Notes under the pieces: generated by a model | What the model saw: the letters and a program-made list of their open reading frames with translations, nothing else | Database searches by the model: none | Told to the model about the DNA's origin: nothing | Program-made: the position numbers and the translations under genes | Assembly (NCBI GenBank): GCA_041489255.1 | Contig: JBGPQV010000003.1 | Location: forward strand, 53,448 to 77,447 | Direction: 5' to 3' | Length of the DNA stretch: 24,000 nt | DNA from: Thermoplasmata archaeon | Lineage (GTDB): Archaea > Thermoplasmatota > Thermoplasmata > RBG-16-68-12 > JAFNFQ01 | In this document: in pieces, positions 1-8,700 of the stretch | Layout: every line of letters begins with the position of its first letter | How positions within the stretch are numbered: the stretch's first letter is position 1

Positions 1-96
1 GCTGCCTGACTACCGAGGCTGCGGTTGGTGAACCGGGGATTTGATACGCCCCAGGCTCTACAAAAGACTTATGAGCCTGCCAGCGAATCTTGACTC

Positions 97-2565
97 ATGG
101 GTCTGGAGGCGGGGACCGTGAGGACTGTCGCTGCGTTATTGGTTGGGTGCCTCTTCGTGAATTCCATTTCCGGCTATGTCATGCAGCAACCGCCGTCGCC
201 TCAGACAGTGACGCTGCCATGCACGTTCGAGGTCGCCCAGGGCGGGTCGAACCATGCAGTAGAGCCCGTCGAGCGGGCGCAGACAGTCAGCTCATTCTAC
301 AACTACTTCAGCGACAGCGCACACACGCCGTTCGCCGAGGCCTACGTGAGCGTGCTCTATCTCTATCTTGACACCGGAAGCAGCAGGTTGTACTTCGTGT
401 TCCACTTCAATGTCGACGGAAGCGGAACGCCTGATGCACTGACGGATGTTGAGCTGCAGGGAATCCCGGCAGGAGCTTCAGTGGCGGTCTCCGACGACCC
501 CGGGGAGTTCAACCTCGCGCGCAATCCCCAGGGCCAGTTCCATTACTTCACCAACACTGACGGCGGCGCCCTTGGACCGCTGCCGACGAGCAGCGAGTGG
601 ACCATGAAGGTGGACCTGACCCACTATGGCCCGGACCCGGCGCGCTACCAGCGCTGGGTCGATAGCGACGGTACTCACATCCCGCTTTCGATGACGGGGC
701 AGGTCACGATCGGGAGCGCATGCAACAAGCCGCCTGTGGCGAACGGCAGCGGGCCGTACATCGGCACCGAGGGGTCTCCGATCCTGTTCAACGCGAGCGG
801 TTCCTATGACCCCGACGGAGACGCGCTCACCTACGCATGGGACTTCGAAAACGATGGCACCACGGACATCACGACGATGAACGCCACGGTCAGCCACACA
901 TATCCTGATGACTTCAAAGGGAAAGCGAGGCTCACAGTCTCCGATGGGAAACTGCAGAATTCTACGACGGTCGACGTGGGCGTGAAGAATGTCTCTCCGT
1001 CAATAACCTTCGACTCAGTCACGGATTCTCCAGAGGGCGGTGTGATCACGCTGCAGTTCAGCATCACCGACCCAGGAGCAGATCCGGTGAATGTCACGGT
1101 GGACTGGGGAGACGGCCTCCCGCCAGAATTCATCGGCCCATGGTTCAACCCGAGCGGACAGACGGTGACCGCCACGTGGACTTACGGAGATGACGGCAGC
1201 TTCCCGCTCGAGATCACCGCAACCGACGACGATGGCGGGGTCGGGATGCTGGAAGGCAAGTTCGCGATAGTGCAGAACCTCCCGCCGACAATCATCGCAC
1301 TTTCATTCCCAGCCACCGCAGACGAGGGGTCGCTCGTCGACATGACCGCAACCGGACAGGATCCGGGGAGCGATGACCTCCGTTTCACCGTGGACTTCGG
1401 AAACGGCGAGGTGGAGTCGAGGGTTTTCTACAATGACGGGGCCCGCCCTGACCCGCCGCTGAGCCCGCTCGGGACGTTCCCGTTCGCAGCCACGTCCACA
1501 TTCACGGCATTCTACCCGCAGGACGGGGACTATGCCGGGGAGTTGACGGTGCAGGATGACGATGGCGGTAGTCTCGTGGTCACCTTCTACATCAACATTC
1601 AGAATGTTCCTCCGACGATTATCCCCTTCGGACCGGTCTATGTCGACGAGGGATCACCCGGCAGCATGACCGCCACCGCAACAGACCCGGGCAACGACAC
1701 GCTCGCATTCCATTGGGAGTTCGAACTCGGGCCCACCCTGGACGAGACATTCCCCGCAACCGGATCGCCAATGAGCGCCACCAGCACCGCCGCCTTCCTG
1801 TACGGGGATGACGGCAACTATTCCGTCCTCCTCACTGTGACAGATGAGAACGGCGCCTCTGCGGTGTATGAGACAGCGGTCATCGTCAGGAATGTCGCAC
1901 CGACCACGCGGATCGTCCAGGTCAACCGTCCAGGAACGTTCACGCTGCGCGTTGCGGGAGAGAAGTGGCACGATGTCGAAGGCATCTTCTTCATCAACGA
2001 CACTGTGCTCGGCGACCTGCGCATCGTCAGGATGCCGGGCTCCCCCGATGATCAGGCGATGTCAACGAACGTGACGGACCTGTTCCTATCGGCCAACTAT
2101 TCCGCGAGGATCGTGTACACACCAGAAGACGACCCGATCAACGGGCAGCCTAATGGCGCGAACCCCGTGTGGATCATGGTCGGGTCTCCAGGTGAGGAGC
2201 CGATCAGAATACACCACACGTTCAATGTCAACCACCCCGGGACCTACGTATGGGAGGTGGACCTCACGCCGTATGTGGCGAGATTGGCGGTTCAGTTCAA
2301 GGCGGTGGCGGTAGACCCGGGCAGCGACGACCTGACGTTCGAGTGGGACTTTGGGGACAACAGCACGATCCAGAACTCAACGGCGTTCAACGATGATGTC
2401 GGGCCGGACCCGCCAGAGAGCCCGGGCGGTACCTTCCCGTTCACCGCTGCGAGCGAGGTCAGCCATGCTTTCGCGAGCCCTGGAACCTATGTAGTCAGGC
2501 TGACCGTTCATGACGATGATGGCGGGAGCTCGACCACCAGTATGACCATCGCGATCCTTGGCTGA
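97..2565 (+). CDS. Secreted/surface protein with multiple PKD-type domains (822 aa)
   Basis: Long ORF with a signal-peptide-like N-terminus (VRTVAALLVGCLFVNSISG). PKD signatures repeat through the protein, e.g. FNASGSYDPDGDALTYAWDFENDG...HTYPDDFKG, VTVDWGDG and LTFEWDFGDN...HAFASPGTYVVRLTVHDDDGG. Confidence 0.9.
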   Translation: MGLEAGTVRTVAALLVGCLFVNSISGYVMQQPPSPQTVTLPCTFEVAQGGSNHAVEPVERAQTVSSFYNYFSDSAHTPFAEAYVSVLYLYLDTGSSRLYFVFHFNVDGSGTPDALTDVELQGIPAGASVAVSDDPGEFNLARNPQGQFHYFTNTDGGALGPLPTSSEWTMKVDLTHYGPDPARYQRWVDSDGTHIPLSMTGQVTIGSACNKPPVANGSGPYIGTEGSPILFNASGSYDPDGDALTYAWDFENDGTTDITTMNATVSHTYPDDFKGKARLTVSDGKLQNSTTVDVGVKNVSPSITFDSVTDSPEGGVITLQFSITDPGADPVNVTVDWGDGLPPEFIGPWFNPSGQTVTATWTYGDDGSFPLEITATDDDGGVGMLEGKFAIVQNLPPTIIALSFPATADEGSLVDMTATGQDPGSDDLRFTVDFGNGEVESRVFYNDGARPDPPLSPLGTFPFAATSTFTAFYPQDGDYAGELTVQDDDGGSLVVTFYINIQNVPPTIIPFGPVYVDEGSPGSMTATATDPGNDTLAFHWEFELGPTLDETFPATGSPMSATSTAAFLYGDDGNYSVLLTVTDENGASAVYETAVIVRNVAPTTRIVQVNRPGTFTLRVAGEKWHDVEGIFFINDTVLGDLRIVRMPGSPDDQAMSTNVTDLFLSANYSARIVYTPEDDPINGQPNGANPVWIMVGSPGEEPIRIHHTFNVNHPGTYVWEVDLTPYVARLAVQFKAVAVDPGSDDLTFEWDFGDNSTIQNSTAFNDDVGPDPPESPGGTFPFTAASEVSHAFASPGTYVVRLTVHDDDGGSSTTSMTIAILG

Positions 2566-2663
2566 ACTGATTCCAATCAGCCACATCCATACGGCAAAGT
2601 ATTTTGTCAGGCCGAATATCGGTCGACAAAATGGGACTGCTCCATAGAACTCTTTGTCCGGTC

Positions 2664-2716
2664 TTGTCCCCCCAAGCTCCGCCCTGCAATACGGGCGGGG
2701 CACCTTTCCTTTTTCC
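2664..2716 (+). terminator. Stem-loop CCGCCC-TGCAATAC-GGGCGG followed by GGCACCTTTCCTTTTT; possible terminator downstream of the PKD gene
   Basis: Perfect 6-bp stem (2679-2684 / 2693-2698) with a downstream T-run, about 110 nt after the stop at 2565. A near-identical element occurs at 15165-15211. Confidence 0.4.
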
Positions 2717-3126
2717 ATTATGGGATAAATTCTTGTCCCGATTCCTGCACTCGCTCTCACAGGTGGAACATGGAAATTGAATGAACGAAGACTAGCCCTG
2801 AAGACTCACAGGAATCGCGGGCAAAGATGATCGCCGAAAATAATAGGGCGTTGAACCGATATGTGGCAGGAATTAGTAACCAAAGCCTAACGAAGGTGAA
2901 AGAGCGAGCCGATTCTCTCCAAATGGCCATGGATCAGTTGGGGAATGATGTGTGCCCGGCAGCTGCCGACCTCAACAAGGTAGCAAGCTGCGTGCGGCTG
3001 CCAACGTGGGACGCAATCTGCGAATCTCTTATCGTGAAAGCATATCCTCCCCATGGCTTAGCGGACTAGGTGACCACTTGATTGAATCTACCCTCTTGCT
3101 GCGCCTGCTCTGCGCCCAGCCGCGGT

Positions 3127-3672
3127 TCACAACTGCACGAAGAGGCAATTATAGACCGTCGGAGGTCCGGGCTCCCCCGGTGCATTGCCTTTCATGCCAG
3201 GCACTCTTAGGGAGAGTATCGACCATGGCAGCACCTCGATGCCTTCGTTCTCGAGTTGTCTCAGTATGCAGTCCTCCAGATGTTTCAGTCTGTCGGGCAC
3301 GATCTCGGGGTCCTGCCACCCTCTTTCCCCCAGCACACCCCAGTGGAACCTCGCAAGCGGCCGCGCCTTGCTGATGTGTATGAAGGCTTCGTAATCGCCC
3401 ATCCTTATCTGGCCCGGCTTCGTGCGAGGGTCCCTCGAAACAGGTTTCAGTCTCGACTCCGAGGTCCTTATCCAGTGGCATATGTCGTAGTTCCCATCTA
3501 GCCAATAATACGCGTTTACGCCGCATTCGTCTCTGATGCGTTGGCAAAGTCTCTCCACCTTGGCACAATCTCTCATCGTGAATTCGAACTTGGGGTCCAT
3601 CTTGTCGAAATCCATCGATGGATACATCTCTCTTGTCAGACGGATTATCTTGTCCGGAATCACGCTCTCCAT
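3127..3672 (-). CDS. 181-aa tandem paralog, copy 1 (candidate immunity protein)
   Basis: ATG at 3672, preceded by GAGATGAT. About 85% identical to the 4795-5340 product (VIPDKIIRLTREMYPSMDFDKMDPKFEF...YYWLDGNYDICHWIRTSESRLKPVSRDPRTKP). Confidence 0.85.
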   Translation of the reverse strand: MESVIPDKIIRLTREMYPSMDFDKMDPKFEFTMRDCAKVERLCQRIRDECGVNAYYWLDGNYDICHWIRTSESRLKPVSRDPRTKPGQIRMGDYEAFIHISKARPLARFHWGVLGERGWQDPEIVPDRLKHLEDCILRQLENEGIEVLPWSILSLRVPGMKGNAPGEPGPPTVYNCLFVQL

Positions 3673-3688
3673 TCAAATCATCTCATGG

Positions 3689-3874
3689 TTATTTCTGCTG
3701 TCGCCAATCGTTCACTGCTTTAATCCAGGCCCATACATTCTCATCTTTCACGGGGAAGAATGAAATTATCGAACCATCCGAAGCCCTTACAACAATTTTC
3801 ATCTCGTCGATGTCACGCATCCCTGGTCTATACGTGTATGTTCGTCTGACTGAATCTTGGCTTGCCAGAATCTA
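3689..3874 (-). pseudogene. Truncated duplicate of the giant protein's C-terminal tip (orphan toxin-tip remnant)
   Basis: Manual minus-strand translation: ...RRTYTYRPGMRDIDEMKIVVRASDGSIISFFPVKDENVWAWIKAVNDWRQQK*. This aligns with the giant protein's C-terminus NLIYTYKPHMYGIDEVTIVVRASDGSIISFFPVQGENVWAWIKALNDWRQQI*. It is 60 codons, bounded by TAG at 3872-3874, and its TAA (3689-3691) lies 16 nt before the 3672 ATG. Confidence 0.85.
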
Positions 3875-3927
3875 ACAGGAAATCGATATCCTGTAGAGAC
3901 CCGTCTTTCTGGCCCTCACATGACCAT

Positions 3928-4473
3928 TCAAATCCAGGAGAAGAGGCATTCGAACACTCTTGGCGGCTCTGGATTGTCGAACACCCGACCTCCCATGCCT
4001 GGCACTGGGCGGAGCAAGATATCCCTCGGAATGACCTCGATGCCCTCCGATCGTAGTTGGCTCAGTATGCACGTTTCAAGGGATTTCAGCTTTGCTGGCG
4101 GTTCGGGGAGTATCTCCCAGTGAAGCTTCCCTAGAACTTGCCAGGTCATTGCTGCCAGCGGGGCCGCCCTGCTGATATTCATCTGAACCTCGATGTCTCC
4201 AGTCCTATAATCCTCATGGCGAGCTTTGGGGTGCCCCGACACAGGCTTCTCCCTCGAGGTTGAGAGCCGTATCCAGTGACAGATGTCGTAGTTGCCGTCT
4301 AGCCAGTAATGGACGTTGACTTGACATTCCGATTCCAGGCGTCTGCAAAGCCTTTGCACCCTCGCAGGGTCGTCCTTTGAGCGCGCAAGGCGGGAATCCC
4401 TTTCGTTCACGTTCATGGTTGGATAAATTTCTCTTATCAAACGCATCAGGTCATCTGGGATTGCTGTTTCCAT
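3928..4473 (-). CDS. 181-aa tandem paralog, copy 2 (divergent candidate immunity protein)
   Basis: Homology to copies 1 and 3 starts at METAIPDDLMRLIREIYPTMN. The internal ATG at 4473 is preferred over the 4623 start because it gives the same 181-aa length, has GGTGA upstream, and has the same 16-nt gap from an upstream stop. Confidence 0.8.
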   Translation of the reverse strand: METAIPDDLMRLIREIYPTMNVNERDSRLARSKDDPARVQRLCRRLESECQVNVHYWLDGNYDICHWIRLSTSREKPVSGHPKARHEDYRTGDIEVQMNISRAAPLAAMTWQVLGKLHWEILPEPPAKLKSLETCILSQLRSEGIEVIPRDILLRPVPGMGGRVFDNPEPPRVFECLFSWI

Positions 4474-4489
4474 CTCTGTCACCGTTTCG

Positions 4490-4816
4490 TCAAAACTGTT
4501 GAACCCATCTTGAGGGGCTTGGGTCTTGTGCCAAGAAATCCATCCTTGACCTAGTTCCGTGGCGGGAGGCAGCATCGCGCTGCAGCTGGAGGTACACCGT
4601 CTTCCTCCTTCCATCCCTTTCAAACTCCCCGAATATCGAACGGCCGATGTTCATTTGACCGCACGGATGGAATGCGCTTGGGGCATTTAAGCCATCATTT
4701 GGAAAGCAGTCAAATCTTTGCGCCCAATCTCTCTTCCATCGATTGGATGCGGTATCGGAGTCGGGCGTACTCGCCGCAGCCGCTCGGCTGCAATTCATAT
4801 CGACGAGAAGAGGCAA
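4490..4816 (-). other. ORF (up to 108 aa) occupying the toxin-tip position before paralog 2; possible alternative or degenerate tip
   Basis: Its stop (4490-4492) lies exactly 16 nt before the ATG at 4473. The product ends ...SRWVQQF*, compared with ...NDWRQQI* and ...NDWRQQK* at the two other tip positions. Confidence 0.35.
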
Positions 4817-5340
4817 TTATAGACAGTCGGAGGTCCCGGTTGCCCAGGTGCATTACCTTTCATACTAGGTACTCTTAGGAAGAGAATCGACAATGGCAGC
4901 ACCTCGATGCCTTCATTCCTGAGTTGATTCAGAATGCAGTCGTCCAGCTGTTTCAGTCTGTCGGGCACATTCTCGGGGTGCTGCCACCCTCTTTCCCCGA
5001 GCACACCCCAGTCGAACCTCGCAAGGGGCCGGGCCTTGCTGATGAATATGAAAGCCTCGTAACTGCCCATCGTCTTCTCTTCCGGCTTCGTGCGAGGGTC
5101 CCTCGAAACGGGTTTCAGTCTCGACTCCGAGGTTCGTATCCAGTGGCATATATCGTAGTTCCCGTCTAGCCAATAGTACACGTTCACGCCGCATTCTTCT
5201 CTAATGCGTTGGCATAGTCTCTCCACCTTGGCGCTGTCTCTCATCGTGAACTCGAACTTGGGGTCCATCTTGTCGAAGTCCATCGATGGATACATCTCCC
5301 TTATCAGACGCATTATCTTGTCCGGAATCACGCTCTGCAT
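4795..5340 (-). CDS. 181-aa tandem paralog, copy 3 (candidate cognate immunity protein)
   Basis: ATG at 5340, 16 nt downstream of the giant gene's TAA, preceded by GAGATGAT. Closely related to copy 1. Confidence 0.85.
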   Translation of the reverse strand: MQSVIPDKIMRLIREMYPSMDFDKMDPKFEFTMRDSAKVERLCQRIREECGVNVYYWLDGNYDICHWIRTSESRLKPVSRDPRTKPEEKTMGSYEAFIFISKARPLARFDWGVLGERGWQHPENVPDRLKQLDDCILNQLRNEGIEVLPLSILFLRVPSMKGNAPGQPGPPTVYNCLFSSI

Positions 5341-5356
5341 TCAGATCATCTCATGA

Positions 5357-5752
5357 TTATATCTGCTGTCGCCAGTCGTTCAATGCTTTAATCCAGGCCC
5401 ATACATTCTCACCTTGCACAGGGAAGAATGAGATTATCGAACCATCTGAAGCCCTAACGACGATGGTTACCTCATCAATACCATACATGTGAGGCTTATA
5501 GGTGTAGATAAGATTGCCTGAATTGGTATCGAGCTTGATGTCTCCCAACGGGGTATTTCTTAGACCGTCCCTGAGCAACTCCCAGACTTGTGCGTCGGTC
5601 ATTGCCGGAGGGAGCGTCTTTTCGATTGGATATCCAGTGATGGTCTTGCCCGTCGGGAAGAAGGATGTAATATCCTTATCCAAGCTGACTATGCTGCCTT
5701 CAATGTGGCGGCCAATGACATGGAACTGACCAAACCGCCCGTCTCCCATTTT
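5357..5752 (-). other. Putative toxin tip domain of the giant protein (about 130 aa), RNase/BECR-like by inference only
   Basis: KMGDGRFGQFHVIGRHIEGSIVSLDKDITSFFP...IYTYKPHMYGIDEVTIVVRASDGSIISFFPVQGENVWAWIKALNDWRQQI*. The FHxxxRH motif and the late DGSIISFFPV strand resemble small RNase tips of polymorphic toxins. The domain precedes tandem small genes and is partly duplicated at 3689-3874. Confidence 0.45.
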
Positions 5753-8700
5753 GAGGACCGCGATGCCGTCGGGCAATCCGCTGGCCTTCCATGCTTTCAA
5801 CACTTCATCAGCGCCAGCACCTTCGTCGAGCGGGTTAGCACCGTTCTTCCTAACCCACGCTCCGAACCTTTCGAGGGCCCCAGGTTCGAGTTCGATTACA
5901 TCTTTTGTCACAGACCTCCAGACACCCTCTCGAATAGCTCTATCCGGAAAGGCGGCTTCGAAACCGATTACTTCAGCCTCTGGAAGTCTCAACAACGCCT
6001 TTGTCCTTCCGCGAAGGATGTCGTCTGATATGCCGAGGACATCCGCACTCCACTTGGTCATCAGCACCAAGCCCGCCAGCCCGATTCCGTTCGCGAACAT
6101 CTCCTCGAAGAAGCCTCCGAACAGCTCTGCAAGTGCGTAGCTGCCAGCGAAGATGGCACCCGCAAGGGCGAGTTTCACTGTGCATCGGCCGAAGTATTCA
6201 TAAGCCCTAGCTGCGAAACTGATGATTCTTTGGAGGGGACCGAGCTTGGAAAGTGCTTGAGTAATCATTGCCCCAATGTTTCCAGCTTCGAGGGCTCCTT
6301 TGACAGCGGCTCCCGCACCCGCCGTCACAATCATTCCGATTATATTTCCGATCCAATACCAGTAATTGAATGTCTCGTGATCATTGCTCATGTCCCAGGG
6401 ATCGTTGTCGCCGTCGGGAACCGGGTCGTAGGGATTGGCGTTTTCTGCTTGTTGAACTAAAGCGTCGTAGAGAGACCCAAGAGCGTTTCGCAATGTATCA
6501 CCGGGATTCCCGCTATTGAGCAGGTCATGCCCGAACGATGCGCCAGAATCGAACAGCGAACCTGCATTTTTCATAATGGACGGTATGCTCGTGAACATCC
6601 CCGAGAAACAATCCCACAAGCCGACTGCCATCCCTCCAACCTCTGGACCAAGATACTTGACCGTCAGGTCTTTCAGAAGGTCCCGAGCTCTGTCAAAATA
6701 TGTGTCTTGCTTGAGCCAGTAATGGTTTGCATTGCCGTTGACGTCCACCACATAGAAATCGACGGTCTTGCCCGTGAATGCATCCAAGAAGCCGATGCTG
6801 AAGTCCTTATTGCGAGTGTCGAAGATATTCGCATAGAGATCGTCGTTGGAATACTCCTTTCCATCAACGACAGTTATTAAGGACCCTAGCCCCACGTTGT
6901 CGGACATGACGATGGTGACGTGGACACACTTCAGCCCTTCCCAGCAAAGTGAGGTGGACCAAGACAAATCAATGTAAGGAACGACCAATTCCACTACGCT
7001 GGGTTCGTCATCTATGTCATCTTTCATCCTATCTCCATCGCTGTCCTGCTTTCTTGGGTCAACTTTCTGTAAGAACTCCATCAGATCATTTAGCCCGTCT
7101 CCGTCCGTGTCTTTCTTGTCCGGATCGGAAGTCACGTGGTAGCGAGTAAAGAGTGGCCTTATGGCCTCCGACACCATGTTCTGGGCGTGGACTGGAAGGG
7201 ATGTATCGTCGAGTATGCGGGTCATCTCGTAGACGTTCGCGACGGAGGTGAGCATGACCGTGTCCCATCCTAGGATCTCTATTCCGTCGAGCAGAAGGTC
7301 CCCGTCGCAATCAGGATTCAGCGGGTTAGTCACCCATCCATAAACACCAGTGACTTCTTCGCCATCTTTGAGTCCGTCGCCATCCGTGTCGGGTTCCAAC
7401 GGATTCGTCCCGTATCCACCGCCAGGATTCGGCTCCCCCAGGTAGCCCACCTCACCTAACTCTTCACCAGAATCCCAGACTTGGTTGCGCAAGGTGTCGT
7501 GCCAGCCATCCCAGAGTCCGTCCCCATCCGTATCAGAGAGCACGGGACTTGTGCGGTAGTTCCGTTCCCCCATCAGCTCGCCAGAATCCCATATTTGATT
7601 GGGAGTCCCCTGATTGTCATTCCAGCCGTCCCAGAGTCCGTCCCCATCAGAGTCTGGATCGCATGCGTTTATGAGGCTATCACCATCAGTGTCAACCCAC
7701 CAGTCTATTTCCGAACCATCTAAGATTCCATCTCCGTCACTGTCAGGATTTGTTGAGGAAAGGCACGAGTAGGCAGGTAAGCCCTCGATTCCGTCGCTCA
7801 GTCCATCGGAATCGGAATCCAGCAGATCTTCCGGCGTGTAATCTCTGCCGCCTAGAATCACGAGAATCGATTCGAGCAATAGATCGCCCTTGGTGCTCGA
7901 GTGGAACCGAATCGGTATGAATTGATAACCGTCCACATCCGGGTAGCTCGCCAGCAATGCGTTGATAGCGTCGGTATCCAAAAGCACAATCAGGTGGTCA
8001 GTCCATGGAAATGGGATGCCTGCATCAGGGCTGACATATCCCTCTTGCTTCCACTCAGGATTGTCATCCCCCTCTGATGTCACGATATTGATGGAGACAT
8101 CATGCGGATAATCTACGCAAAACATCTGATATACCAAAGAGCCCGAATCGGTAGTCCAATCAATCGATTCGAAGAAATTAACATCGTAGAGCAAAGCATG
8201 GTTTGCCCAAATTCGCGCGTCGTCGCTCGCGGCCCAATAGAATTCCCCGTTGAACATCCTTAGTATCATCCAGTATGTGGTTTCCGCTTCTAGCAGTACT
8301 GGGGAATCGAATCGAAACTCAAGCCAACCGTAGAGGGCGCCGGATACTTCGACTGAAGAAACGGCATAATCGCTTGCCAGAGGTCCAATTTCGCCGGTGG
8401 AGAGATCCCATGAGGCCGCCTCACCCAAGACGAGGTCGATCCATGCGGTTTCGCCAGTCGGAATGGCGTAGGCGACTGCGACTTTGACCGTAATTAGAGA
8501 TTGAGGCCCATCGCTGGAGGAAATGTAGAATGGGACGCCCGCCGCGTATCCGGCCCATCCGTCATCAGGAACATGCAGCCCCGGGAATGTTGGGTTGGAG
8601 TCATGAGAACCTGACCATTTGTGGGGCTGGAATGTCAGGACCACCCGCGGAGCATCCCAACCCATCACTGGTTTGACTTGTTCAAGAACCCCTTTCTTGA

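Noticed and set aside
2377-2760. 137-aa minus-strand ORF over the PKD gene's 3' end and the stem-loop
   Set aside because: It overlaps a confident opposite-strand gene and a stem-loop element, and no family is recognised.
2827-3069. 80-aa plus-strand ORF (MIAENNRALNRYVAGISNQSLTKVKERADS...)
   Set aside because: The composition is possible for a small protein, but there is no convincing Shine-Dalgarno, no family match and no neighbour logic, so it is not called.
3928-4623. 231-aa start for the middle paralog
   Set aside because: The first 50 residues have no counterpart in the two sister proteins. The homology, Shine-Dalgarno and 16-nt spacing all favour ATG 4473.
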